Source: a virus
Strand: one strand, 5' to 3'
IMG/VR virus record: IMGVR_UViG_3300048691_000182
Coordinates: 1-64,000 of that record
DNA length: 64,000 nucleotides
Below are positions 1 to 8,053 of this stretch, piece by piece. The notes under the pieces were generated by a model. It had not been told where the DNA came from. It saw only the letters and a list, made by a program, of their open reading frames with translations, and did not search any database. The stretch's first letter is position 1, and every line of letters starts with the position of its first letter. The position numbers and the translations under genes are program-made.

Positions 1-1230
1 ATAGCGTACCAACCAGCTATTACTAATTATGTTTCTATAGATTCTTTTAAGAAAACATGTAAATCTTTATTTGATAGTGCTCAAAATCAATTAGGGTTTA
101 TCGCTACTGCTCAACATCATTTTAGAAGAGCTTTGTTGGAAAACATGGTAGCGAGAACGTATTGTGATATTCGTTGCACTGTTGCTTTGTTTGAAGAAAA
201 TATAGAAACTTGGAAAATTAAAAATAGTATTCCAACAACTGTTTTTTCCAAAACAGAATACTTAGATATTTATAAACAGCTTTTTGAAAATACTACCGGG
301 TCTAGTCTCAATAGTAGTAAAGATTTACAAGATCTTCAAAACGCAATGGTTGGTTTATTTTCCCAGCTATCTAGTTACAGTGTACAATTCATAACCGAAG
401 TTAATAGCTCCAATATCAAGGTATTCAACTGGGGCGCCATTAGGTTAGGTGATGTAGATGCAGAAGCTGCTGGTGGATATTTATTACCAGACTTAATAGT
501 TAACTTAGAAAATGCTGATGCTAAATCTAGCTTTGAAACTGACACTGGATTAAAATCGCCAGTAATTGAATTAGGTGAGAAAAACCCCATTACCCAAGAA
601 GGTAAATACCATATTGCTGTTACAGCTCATCCTGCTGAGCAATCTATTATTTATACAAACACTATTTCAATAGGATCGTTAAATGGATTTACTTTTTACC
701 AAGACGAAAGCAAGAATCTAAGCGACGCTACAAGTTTTATTGGGTACGATGAAATATGGCGTAAGAAAGATTTACAGATTGGAGACATCCGTGATATTTA
801 TTGTGATTGCTTCCAACTACCAACGATAAAAGGTATTGACCTTAATACCGTTATTCTTGACGGTACTTTAGGTATCTTCAAATATTTAAAGATAAACGAT
901 CCAGTGTTGAAATCTTTTGTTTACGTTGATATGGCTGGAACTACTAATGCGTTTGTTAATATTACAGATGTTAAGGAAATTGAAGCGTTCAAATCTAACG
1001 CTGGTAACGGGGCTATTAATGCTTTTAAGCCTAATGCTGAAATTACTGACCTGGAAGTATTTAATTATAACGATATACCAAACAACGTTTATGTGTCAGA
1101 TGAACAAGTTTACTTCTTAAGTGAAGGATCGTATTTAGCTTATAATTTCGATATTGAAAATTACTACGAGTCTGACACAGGCATAGTTTTCTTGTCTGAC
1201 GACGATGAAACTTTTACTCCAGATTTATAA
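1..1230 (+). CDS. Virion structural protein, 5'-truncated (phiKZ gp130-like baseplate-region protein)
   Basis: Frame is open from base 1 (IAYQPAITNY...), so the 133 start is a window-edge artefact. QNAMVGLFSQLSSYSVQF motif and position upstream of the fibre slot and gp139-like gene (recalled synteny). Confidence 0.55.
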   Translation: MAYQPAITNYVSIDSFKKTCKSLFDSAQNQLGFIATAQHHFRRALLENMVARTYCDIRCTVALFEENIETWKIKNSIPTTVFSKTEYLDIYKQLFENTTGSSLNSSKDLQDLQNAMVGLFSQLSSYSVQFITEVNSSNIKVFNWGAIRLGDVDAEAAGGYLLPDLIVNLENADAKSSFETDTGLKSPVIELGEKNPITQEGKYHIAVTAHPAEQSIIYTNTISIGSLNGFTFYQDESKNLSDATSFIGYDEIWRKKDLQIGDIRDIYCDCFQLPTIKGIDLNTVILDGTLGIFKYLKINDPVLKSFVYVDMAGTTNAFVNITDVKEIEAFKSNAGNGAINAFKPNAEITDLEVFNYNDIPNNVYVSDEQVYFLSEGSYLAYNFDIENYYESDTGIVFLSDDDETFTPDL

Positions 1231-1247
1231 TTAAGGAAAAATAATTT

Positions 1248-1895
1248 ATGTCTACTAAGATGCTTTCGGAAATACCTTTAGTTAATTCCTTAGCCCCTGT
1301 TAAAACACTTGTTGGAACTAATAGTAACGATAAAGATATTAACGTACCTTATAGTTTAATTAAAAGTTATATTGATACTGCTGTGGCAGCTGCTGGTGGA
1401 GGGTCTACTAATAGCAAGTTGCTGATTACTTTAACTTCAGCTATTCCTTTAAACCTAGGTAGTTATTATTACACTCCTAACGGGTTCTGGGATGTTGTGG
1501 AGGCTTTAGCCTCCTCGGATGCATCCTACGATACTATTAATTCCCAAATTTTAGTGAACACGCCAGGAATATATAAAGTTTCGCTTAGTGCTAAAATGTC
1601 AGCTTCTGGAATAGACGGATCTCCAGTTGGATGGCAAACTTCCAAAGAATTTAATCTCGGTACTTCTTTACCAGGACTACCCACCATACCACCTGGTATG
1701 GAGTCATCCCGGATAACAGCTAAAAGTGTTGTTAGTGATAGTGCTAAAAATTATTTTCAATGGTCAGATGAATATTTTATACAGGTAGCTAGCGCAGGTG
1801 ATGGTTTTATGCCTAGAATTTATTGGAATTCTTACGATAACCCAAATATGCATAGTAGTTTTTTAATGCTTGTGTGTGTTGAAAGAGTTAACTAA
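1248..1895 (+). CDS. Putative virion fibre/decoration protein A with C1q/BclA-CTD-like beta-sandwich
   Basis: RBS AAGGA. N-terminal STKMLSEIP...L resembles fibre-anchor motifs, followed by an AAAGGGS linker. YDTINSQILVNTPGIYKVSLS resembles the C1q/TNF-fold GxYxV strand. Paralog of 2588-3190. Confidence 0.5.
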   Translation: MSTKMLSEIPLVNSLAPVKTLVGTNSNDKDINVPYSLIKSYIDTAVAAAGGGSTNSKLLITLTSAIPLNLGSYYYTPNGFWDVVEALASSDASYDTINSQILVNTPGIYKVSLSAKMSASGIDGSPVGWQTSKEFNLGTSLPGLPTIPPGMESSRITAKSVVSDSAKNYFQWSDEYFIQVASAGDGFMPRIYWNSYDNPNMHSSFLMLVCVERVN

Positions 1896-1900
1896 GTTAT

Positions 1901-2578
1901 ATGGAATTAGCTGTAATAACTTTTACAAATAACAAAAGAGGCCGGTGGCTGGAAGAAACAAAACAAAGTGTTTATAAATTTCTTCCAGCCACCGCTGAGC
2001 ACTTAATTTTAAACTGCGAGAAACCAGAACACTTAGAGCCAATGAGATTGGAATGTGTTGGTATCGCCAAGTACATTACCTTTGTAGATGACGACGATAC
2101 AATAATTAAAGACAGTTTAAATACTTGTTTAGATTTATTAAATAAAACAAATTTTGGTGTTGCTTTTACTGATGAACAAAAAATAGACAGCGATTCAAAA
2201 ATTATTTTTCCTGATGAGAAAATAAGAACTGGTTTAACAACAAGATGCGTTGCTATGCATCCAAACATTGTTCACCATTTAGCAATGATAAGATCTGATG
2301 CTGTCCCTAAAGAGATTATTTCAGAGGCTTTAAAACTAGGCAGAGGGGCTGAATGGTTAATTAAGGCATCAGCAGGCCTAACAAATAAAGCTATTCATGT
2401 TAAGGATTTTGGTTATCAATGGCGGCAGCATGGGGATAATTTTCATAAAACAAAAGAATGGACAGAAAACTATAAAACAAAAATGAATGATTTAGTTTTA
2501 TGCTTATCTAAATATTCCAATTTTATTAATAGAATATTACCATTTTACAAAGATGGTAATATTCAAGGTTTGTATTAA
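1901..2578 (+). CDS. Glycosyltransferase, GT-A fold (GT2-like), paralog 1
   Basis: N-terminal LAVITFT strand; YITFVDDDD (DxD) motif; C-terminal YQWRQH motif. Confidence 0.85.
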   Translation: MELAVITFTNNKRGRWLEETKQSVYKFLPATAEHLILNCEKPEHLEPMRLECVGIAKYITFVDDDDTIIKDSLNTCLDLLNKTNFGVAFTDEQKIDSDSKIIFPDEKIRTGLTTRCVAMHPNIVHHLAMIRSDAVPKEIISEALKLGRGAEWLIKASAGLTNKAIHVKDFGYQWRQHGDNFHKTKEWTENYKTKMNDLVLCLSKYSNFINRILPFYKDGNIQGLY

Positions 2579-2587
2579 GGAAACGAA

Positions 2588-3190
2588 ATGGCAACAAAAC
2601 TTTCAGAAATTACACCGACTACTGATCTCAGCACCATTAAGAATGTTGTCTGTATTTCTAACACAGACAAAGACAGATTAATACCCTTTTCTAGTTTAGT
2701 AAGACCAAATCCAGCAGTCTTTGTTTTAAACGGCGATTCTTTAGAATCAATATCTTTTCAAGATTATAGAAATTGGACTGGTTTAGAAGTCGTTACATCT
2801 GAGATTGCTAATTGGGCAGCTTACGGTACTCGCATTACATTGCAACAAGTAGGTATATACCAGGTACATGTAAGAACGGTTATTGAGTGCTTTGATGATT
2901 ATGGTCTTCAGGCGGGTTGGCCAAATGACGGTGTAACACCGACAAGCACTAGAATAGGTCTTTTCGGTGCCATAACCGTTGGTGATTTACCTAGCTTTAG
3001 TAATCAGTTTCACGCAATCAACAACAACCCCACTAGTTATTTTCTTAATTTAGATAATACATTTATAATAGCTGCTGATTCAATTGGCGATTACTTTACG
3101 CCTGAAGTTAGTTGGTTTTATGGTACTAGTGGTTATAAATTTAAACCAGGAATGGTCATAACTGTTACGAAATTAAAAGACACTATTTAA
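2588..3190 (+). CDS. Putative virion fibre/decoration protein B with C1q/BclA-CTD-like domain
   Basis: RBS AAGGA. MATKLSEIT...SNTDKD..IPFS aligns with MSTKMLSEIP...NSNDKD..VPYS of 1248-1895. RITLQQVGIYQVHV strand. Confidence 0.5.
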   Translation: MATKLSEITPTTDLSTIKNVVCISNTDKDRLIPFSSLVRPNPAVFVLNGDSLESISFQDYRNWTGLEVVTSEIANWAAYGTRITLQQVGIYQVHVRTVIECFDDYGLQAGWPNDGVTPTSTRIGLFGAITVGDLPSFSNQFHAINNNPTSYFLNLDNTFIIAADSIGDYFTPEVSWFYGTSGYKFKPGMVITVTKLKDTI

Positions 3191-3194
3191 CATT

Positions 3195-3234
3195 TGTCAG
3201 AAAGCTTAGAACTTAAACTCTAAGCTTTCTGACA
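3195..3234. terminator. Hairpin, 16-bp perfect stem, 8-nt loop
   Basis: tgtcagaaagcttaga / tctaagctttctgaca immediately after the stop at 3190. Confidence 0.7.
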
Positions 3235-3261
3235 GTGCTATTACTTAAGAGGTATTAGTTT

Positions 3262-3921
3262 GTGAATCATGAGTTAACAGTAATTACGCTAACCAACGGT
3301 AAACGGTCCGAATGGTTAGAAAAATGTTGTGATAGCATTAATAGTTTTTTACCTAAAACAGCTAAGCACTTAATAGTTCAATGTAAAAACTATGAAGAAA
3401 CAGACACACAAAGATTAATAAGTTTAAATCATTCGAAATACATTACTTTTGTAGATGATGATGACTGGATAATAAACGATAGTTTAAATATTTGTTTAGA
3501 TTTGATTAAAAGTAAACAACTTGGTTTGGTTTTTACTGATGAAATTATAATAAACAAAAATGGCTTAGAACAACCACCACACGGCGGACGCGGTAAGTTA
3601 TTTTATTCAGATTTAATAAATAAAATAAGTACAGCCCACCAGTTAGCTATTTATAAAACTGATCCAGTGCTAGAGGAACTAAGATTAAACCCTTTAAATT
3701 GTAGTTCTAGAATAGAGTATTGGATGAAAGCTGTAGCTGGGTTACGTGAAGGTGCGCTACATGTGCCTATAAATGGTTATTGCTGGAGACATCATTCTGA
3801 TAATCGCAGCGCCAATATTGAGGAAATAAATCTATACAAAAATAAGTTCAGCATAATGAGAGACCATTTAACTAAAGCTTATGGTGATAATAAAGAGGTT
3901 ATTCCTAGACATGAATTCTGA
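3262..3921 (+). CDS. Glycosyltransferase, GT-A fold (GT2-like), paralog 2
   Basis: GTG start with GAGGT RBS; YITFVDDDD; YCWRHH. Confidence 0.85.
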   Translation: MNHELTVITLTNGKRSEWLEKCCDSINSFLPKTAKHLIVQCKNYEETDTQRLISLNHSKYITFVDDDDWIINDSLNICLDLIKSKQLGLVFTDEIIINKNGLEQPPHGGRGKLFYSDLINKISTAHQLAIYKTDPVLEELRLNPLNCSSRIEYWMKAVAGLREGALHVPINGYCWRHHSDNRSANIEEINLYKNKFSIMRDHLTKAYGDNKEVIPRHEF

Positions 3922-4573
3922 ACTAAAAGTATTTACATTTACTAATGGTAAAAGAAAAGAATGGTTAAATGAATGCATGCGGTCTGTTATTAAGTATCTT
4001 CCTTTAGCTGCCCTGCATGAGATAGTGTTTTGTTCCTCTTATCAACAAACAGACATAGAGAGAAATAATTGTCTTAGTAAATCTAGGTATATTGCTTTTG
4101 TAGATGACGACGATTATCTTTTAAATGACAGTTTAAATATTTGTTTAAAAACTATAAAACAAACTGGTGTTGGAGTAGTATTCACAGATGAGTTTTTAGT
4201 TACTGAAAAAGGGTTACCCCATCCTAGTAACCGAGAAATAAGATCAAATATTAAATACAGTGATTTATATTCCCAGCCTCTTGCTCTGCACCACTTAGCA
4301 ATAATAGACACTTTGGCTATTCCTGGTTTAATAAAGAATTCCATTGACCCTTTTATTGCAGGTAGCGACTGGTTAATAAAAGCAGGTGCGGCTCTAAATA
4401 AAGGTGCTATTCATATCCCTATTTATGGCTATGCATGGAGACAACATACAAACGGTAGATCTGTAATTAAATCAGAAGTTAAAATTTATAACGATAGATT
4501 TTCAGAATTAAAACAGATGCTTAAGCCTTATACTAATTTTAAAGATAAAGAAATACCCAGTATAAAGTTATAA
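3911..4573 (+). CDS. Glycosyltransferase, GT-A fold (GT2-like), paralog 3
   Basis: Start moved to ATG 3911 (MNSELKVFTFTNGKR aligns with the paralog N-termini); YIAFVDDDD; YAWRQH. Confidence 0.85.
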   Translation: MNSELKVFTFTNGKRKEWLNECMRSVIKYLPLAALHEIVFCSSYQQTDIERNNCLSKSRYIAFVDDDDYLLNDSLNICLKTIKQTGVGVVFTDEFLVTEKGLPHPSNREIRSNIKYSDLYSQPLALHHLAIIDTLAIPGLIKNSIDPFIAGSDWLIKAGAALNKGAIHIPIYGYAWRQHTNGRSVIKSEVKIYNDRFSELKQMLKPYTNFKDKEIPSIKL

Positions 4574-4580
4574 GCTATTA

Positions 4581-4590
4581 AAATACTATG
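4581..4590 (+). promoter_or_regulatory. Putative late promoter (AAATACTATG)
   Basis: Identical 10-mer at 9339-9348, both upstream of structural genes. TATG is the phiKZ late promoter core. Confidence 0.5.
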
Positions 4591-4632
4591 AGTTTATTAA
4601 ACAACAGTTTTAGTTTCAAGGATTAAATAAAA

Positions 4633-5475
4633 ATGGAAAATTTTACACGCACAGTTTACGGTAGTAATTTGCAGTCATCGCAGCTGTTGGGTATCCCTGT
4701 AGTCATTGCACCTAACACCACACTCAATCAGAAGTTTAATATTCAGGCAGCGACAGCCATTGCACCCACTGACGTACCCACTATGCGGTATGTAGCTGTT
4801 GGTAATGGTGGCCATAAACTGACTGTTGGTACAAGCGGTATTCCTTTGCCTGAACCCCTGCAACACAGCCCCACTGACGCCGCTTTGTTTAATCAGTTGC
4901 CTTTTGTGCTGCGTGAATTAACTAACGACATTCCAGCTAATGAGAGAGTTAAGTACGCCTTGCGTAGACAAGAGTCACATGGTGGAACTACATACATTGC
5001 TTACTACTTACGTAGATTGGATTATAGTGATGTAACTGCTTCTATGAAGTATAAGAGCACTACTAACGGGGTTACCACCACGACTGATTTTACACCAACC
5101 ACATCAAATTTAAACCCTACTCCTGTCGCTACTAGTTCCACAGGTGCTAATATTACAACTGGCGATTACGTTACTTCTAGCGGTAAGATTCCTTTCGAGT
5201 TAACTGAGGCCGACGTTACTGAACTAATGGAAGTGGCTAACATTATCTATGGCAGTAGCGCTTACGCTATTATTAGTGAAGTTGCATTAGTGTCAGCTGT
5301 TGACAAGGTAGTTACTGTGGCGTCTGCCAATAGCGGGTCTTTCAGTTTTACCGAGGCCATTGGTGCACAGGTTGTCTCATTTATGGAAGGTTTGTATGTA
5401 ATGAACTTTAATAATAAAGGTCTTGCTCTTACTCTTGAGGTGGGTGCTACTGAACCAATGTACATTCTGGCCTAA
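4633..5475 (+). CDS. Virion structural protein (phiKZ gp139-like)
   Basis: NTTLNQKFNI, YVAVGNGGH, YIAYYLRR and terminal VGATEP motifs recalled for this family; lies upstream of RuvC. Confidence 0.7.
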   Translation: MENFTRTVYGSNLQSSQLLGIPVVIAPNTTLNQKFNIQAATAIAPTDVPTMRYVAVGNGGHKLTVGTSGIPLPEPLQHSPTDAALFNQLPFVLRELTNDIPANERVKYALRRQESHGGTTYIAYYLRRLDYSDVTASMKYKSTTNGVTTTTDFTPTTSNLNPTPVATSSTGANITTGDYVTSSGKIPFELTEADVTELMEVANIIYGSSAYAIISEVALVSAVDKVVTVASANSGSFSFTEAIGAQVVSFMEGLYVMNFNNKGLALTLEVGATEPMYILA

Positions 5476-5477
5476 GC

Positions 5478-6047
5478 GTGCTTCATATTCCCGAAGGATC
5501 GAGTTCAACTAGTTGCATAGTTGGAATTGATCCTGGATCAGAAACTATGGGGGTGGCTATAATTCATTTTGATATAACCACTCTCAAAATAGTAAAATCT
5601 CATGTAAGTACTTTCACAGGTAGTAAACTTTATGCAATGCAGAACTGGAATGAACAAACCCAGTCTGCTAGATATGCAAGAATAAATGCACATAAAGAAA
5701 ATTTACTTAGGTTATTTCAAGTAAATAACCCTGTACAAATAGTAGCTGAGGATGGTTTCTTTAACCAAAGAAGACCAAATGCTTTTGCTGTTCTGATGGA
5801 AGTACAAATAGCTATTAGACAAGCTGTGTACGAATATAGCCACTGGAGAGAGTTATTTCTCATAGATCCACCCACTGTGAAAAAAGCAGTAGGTGTAGCT
5901 GGTAATGCTGATAAATTTAAAGTAAAAGATGGAGTTTGTGCTTTGTCTGATTTAAACTACGAAGGGTTAATTCCTTTGAATGATTTAGATGAACACTCCA
6001 TCGATGCTTTAGCGGTTGCGTATGCAAAGTTAAAGTCAATAACTTAA
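5478..6047 (+). CDS. ruvC: Holliday junction resolvase, RuvC-like
   Basis: IVGIDPG (catalytic D), VAEDGFF (E), PPTVKKAVG...ADK, HSIDALAVA (D). Confidence 0.85.
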   Translation: MLHIPEGSSSTSCIVGIDPGSETMGVAIIHFDITTLKIVKSHVSTFTGSKLYAMQNWNEQTQSARYARINAHKENLLRLFQVNNPVQIVAEDGFFNQRRPNAFAVLMEVQIAIRQAVYEYSHWRELFLIDPPTVKKAVGVAGNADKFKVKDGVCALSDLNYEGLIPLNDLDEHSIDALAVAYAKLKSIT

Positions 6048-6050
6048 CAC

Positions 6051-6080
6051 TGTTACGATAGAGCTTGCTCTATCGTAACA
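6051..6080. terminator. Hairpin, 13-bp stem with CTTG loop
   Basis: tgttacgatagag / ctctatcgtaaca right after the ruvC stop. Confidence 0.6.
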
Positions 6081-6094
6081 CAAAGAAAGAAACT

Positions 6095-6568
6095 ATGTTT
6101 ACATTACCTGCGCAAGTTATTAAAGCTCTGTCTTTTATTTTAAAGTCACTCCCCTACATTTTGATTATTTGTGTTACTATTTTTGTAGTTACAAAGCTAC
6201 AATCTTGTTCTGTTTTTGGTCCCACTAAAGTACAGTTAGAACAAGCTGTAGAGAAAAAAGATATTGTTATAAAAGAAGTACAAAACGCTAACAAAGATCT
6301 TGCTGATACAATAGTAGAAATAAAAAAATCTAACAATATAACTGTTGATGTAATTGATAAGTCTAACAAAAAAGAAAAATCAATAATAGCGAAAAAGATT
6401 CAAATAGAGAATAAAGTTAAAAAACAAATAGAAGAAGTTAAAGTAGTAAACCTTGATTCAACTATTAGGTCAGAAGAAATTAAACAAACAAAAATAAGTA
6501 CTATCCAAATAGAAAGTATTTGGGATACCTACGAGTCAACTATTAAACAAACAGAAAGTCAAGTATGA
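6095..6568 (+). CDS. Putative i-spanin (Rz-like)
   Basis: Start at ATG 6095 (the 6065 TTG lies inside the hairpin). N-terminal TM then a long coiled coil. ATGA overlap with a downstream lipoprotein. Confidence 0.6.
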   Translation: MFTLPAQVIKALSFILKSLPYILIICVTIFVVTKLQSCSVFGPTKVQLEQAVEKKDIVIKEVQNANKDLADTIVEIKKSNNITVDVIDKSNKKEKSIIAKKIQIENKVKKQIEEVKVVNLDSTIRSEEIKQTKISTIQIESIWDTYESTIKQTESQV

Positions 6569-6867
6569 AATTAGCCCTATTATTTATTATTGCTTTATTA
6601 ACAGGTTGCAGTACTTTAACTAAAGAAGTTATAGTTTATAAGAAGGAACCTGTTTTCATCAATACTCCTGTGCATTTAACCAGCAATTGTTTAATAACTC
6701 CACCCCCTAGTAAACAAGAATATCTATTAGCATCTATGCAGAAAAGGGAAGAATACTTAGCTACTTATGTTCGTAATTTAATTACTGATCTAGGTGTTTG
6801 TAATTCTAAATTAGCAGATATCAGAACTTGGAATAAAGAACAAGAGATAGTGTTTAAACCCAAATAG
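6565..6867 (+). CDS. Putative o-spanin (Rz1-like lipoprotein)
   Basis: Signal peptide with lipobox LLTGC; Pro-rich CLITPPP; further Cys in LGVCNSKL..IR.W. Confidence 0.7.
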   Translation: MKLALLFIIALLTGCSTLTKEVIVYKKEPVFINTPVHLTSNCLITPPPSKQEYLLASMQKREEYLATYVRNLITDLGVCNSKLADIRTWNKEQEIVFKPK

Positions 6868-6875
6868 GAAATAAA

Positions 6876-7337
6876 ATGCCATTGCAAGACGACGCACTAG
6901 ACATTATAAAGACAATAAGAGAAACTTACGACTCAACTAAAGTAACTGCTGTAGCACAAGAGTTGACTAGTACAGCCCAGGAAAAATTTGTAATTAATAA
7001 CACAGCATCAGGTAGTCTTAGTGATCTTCCTATGTCCGACGATGCACTGCTGGCATCTTTTTATAAATTGTCTGAAAAAGATCAAGTAACCATTCTTCAG
7101 GATGCTGTACTTGCGCATCAAAAGTTTAATTGGTACAAAGGACAGAAAGTAAACACAGTTAGAGATTTAGAATTGTTTGATTTAAAAACATGGGGCATTA
7201 AAGTAATTACTTCAGGTGTAGTTTTATTTGTAATAGCTGCTGCCTTAATTACTCTGTTTGTACCTAATACACCTGCTGTTGGATTATTTCCAAATGGTGA
7301 GTTTTTGAACGATATCTTTAATTTAATATTTTCTTAA
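6876..7337 (+). CDS. Hypothetical membrane protein
   Basis: RBS AGGA; single C-terminal hydrophobic segment VITSGVVLFVIAAALITLFV. Confidence 0.55.
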   Translation: MPLQDDALDIIKTIRETYDSTKVTAVAQELTSTAQEKFVINNTASGSLSDLPMSDDALLASFYKLSEKDQVTILQDAVLAHQKFNWYKGQKVNTVRDLELFDLKTWGIKVITSGVVLFVIAAALITLFVPNTPAVGLFPNGEFLNDIFNLIFS

Positions 7338-7342
7338 AGTTT

Positions 7343-7993
7343 ATGAATAACGATCATATTGGTGTTCAGGTTACTAATATTTCCATTGAGAGTGAAATAG
7401 CTATTTACGGTAAAATTACTAATTTTGAAGGTTTGAAACAAGCCACTAAAGTTATTTACCAAGAACAACACAGCATCAAACCAAAAGAAGCTGGTGACTT
7501 AAAAGGATCTATTAGAGTACGCAAGGAAGTAATAGATGGAGTAGAAGATTATAGTTTAACAACTAAAGTTAATCAAGAATGTGGCATTCTTGATTGTAAT
7601 AAAGAATTTACTTGTAAAATAGATAGAGAGTATTTTGATGCTTTTAAATCTATTGCTGGTTCAGGTATGCACAAAACCAGATATATCTTTGAAGCTAAAA
7701 AAATAACTCTTGGTGATTTAGATATTGAAACAACCGGGACTAAGTTTGAAGTAGATGTTTTTAATGATGCTGCTGGCAATCCCTATTCGTGGTGCAAGAT
7801 AGATATTGAGCTAGATACAGTAACTAAGAAAATCTATTCTAAACTTGGTGACGACAAGCAGGTTAAGTTAAAAATACTAGCCAGTAAATTACCTTTTGCC
7901 CCAATAGATGTTTTTACGAATAAAACAGCTGACTTAACTCAAAAGCAAATACTGGATCATTTGTACAAGTACGTTTTTACAATACAAAAATAA
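7343..7993 (+). CDS. CYTH / triphosphate tunnel metalloenzyme-like protein
   Basis: ESEI..YGK, SIRVRK, LTTK, KTRYIF, FEVDVF, WCKIDIE follow the CYTH strand pattern. Confidence 0.7.
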   Translation: MNNDHIGVQVTNISIESEIAIYGKITNFEGLKQATKVIYQEQHSIKPKEAGDLKGSIRVRKEVIDGVEDYSLTTKVNQECGILDCNKEFTCKIDREYFDAFKSIAGSGMHKTRYIFEAKKITLGDLDIETTGTKFEVDVFNDAAGNPYSWCKIDIELDTVTKKIYSKLGDDKQVKLKILASKLPFAPIDVFTNKTADLTQKQILDHLYKYVFTIQK

Positions 7994-7998
7994 TCAAC

Positions 7999-8048
7999 CA
8001 TACCCCCTACCCTGGAAGCTTTTAGTGGCTTCCAGGGTAGGGGGTATG
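7999..8048. terminator. Bidirectional hairpin, 21-bp perfect stem
   Basis: cataccccctaccctggaagc / gcttccagggtagggggtatg between convergent genes. Confidence 0.8.
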
Positions 8049-8053
8049 TAAGT

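Noticed and set aside
133-135. TTG start for the first ORF, and TTG start at 63879 for the terminase
   Set aside because: Both frames stay open to the window edges, so these genes are truncated by the window.
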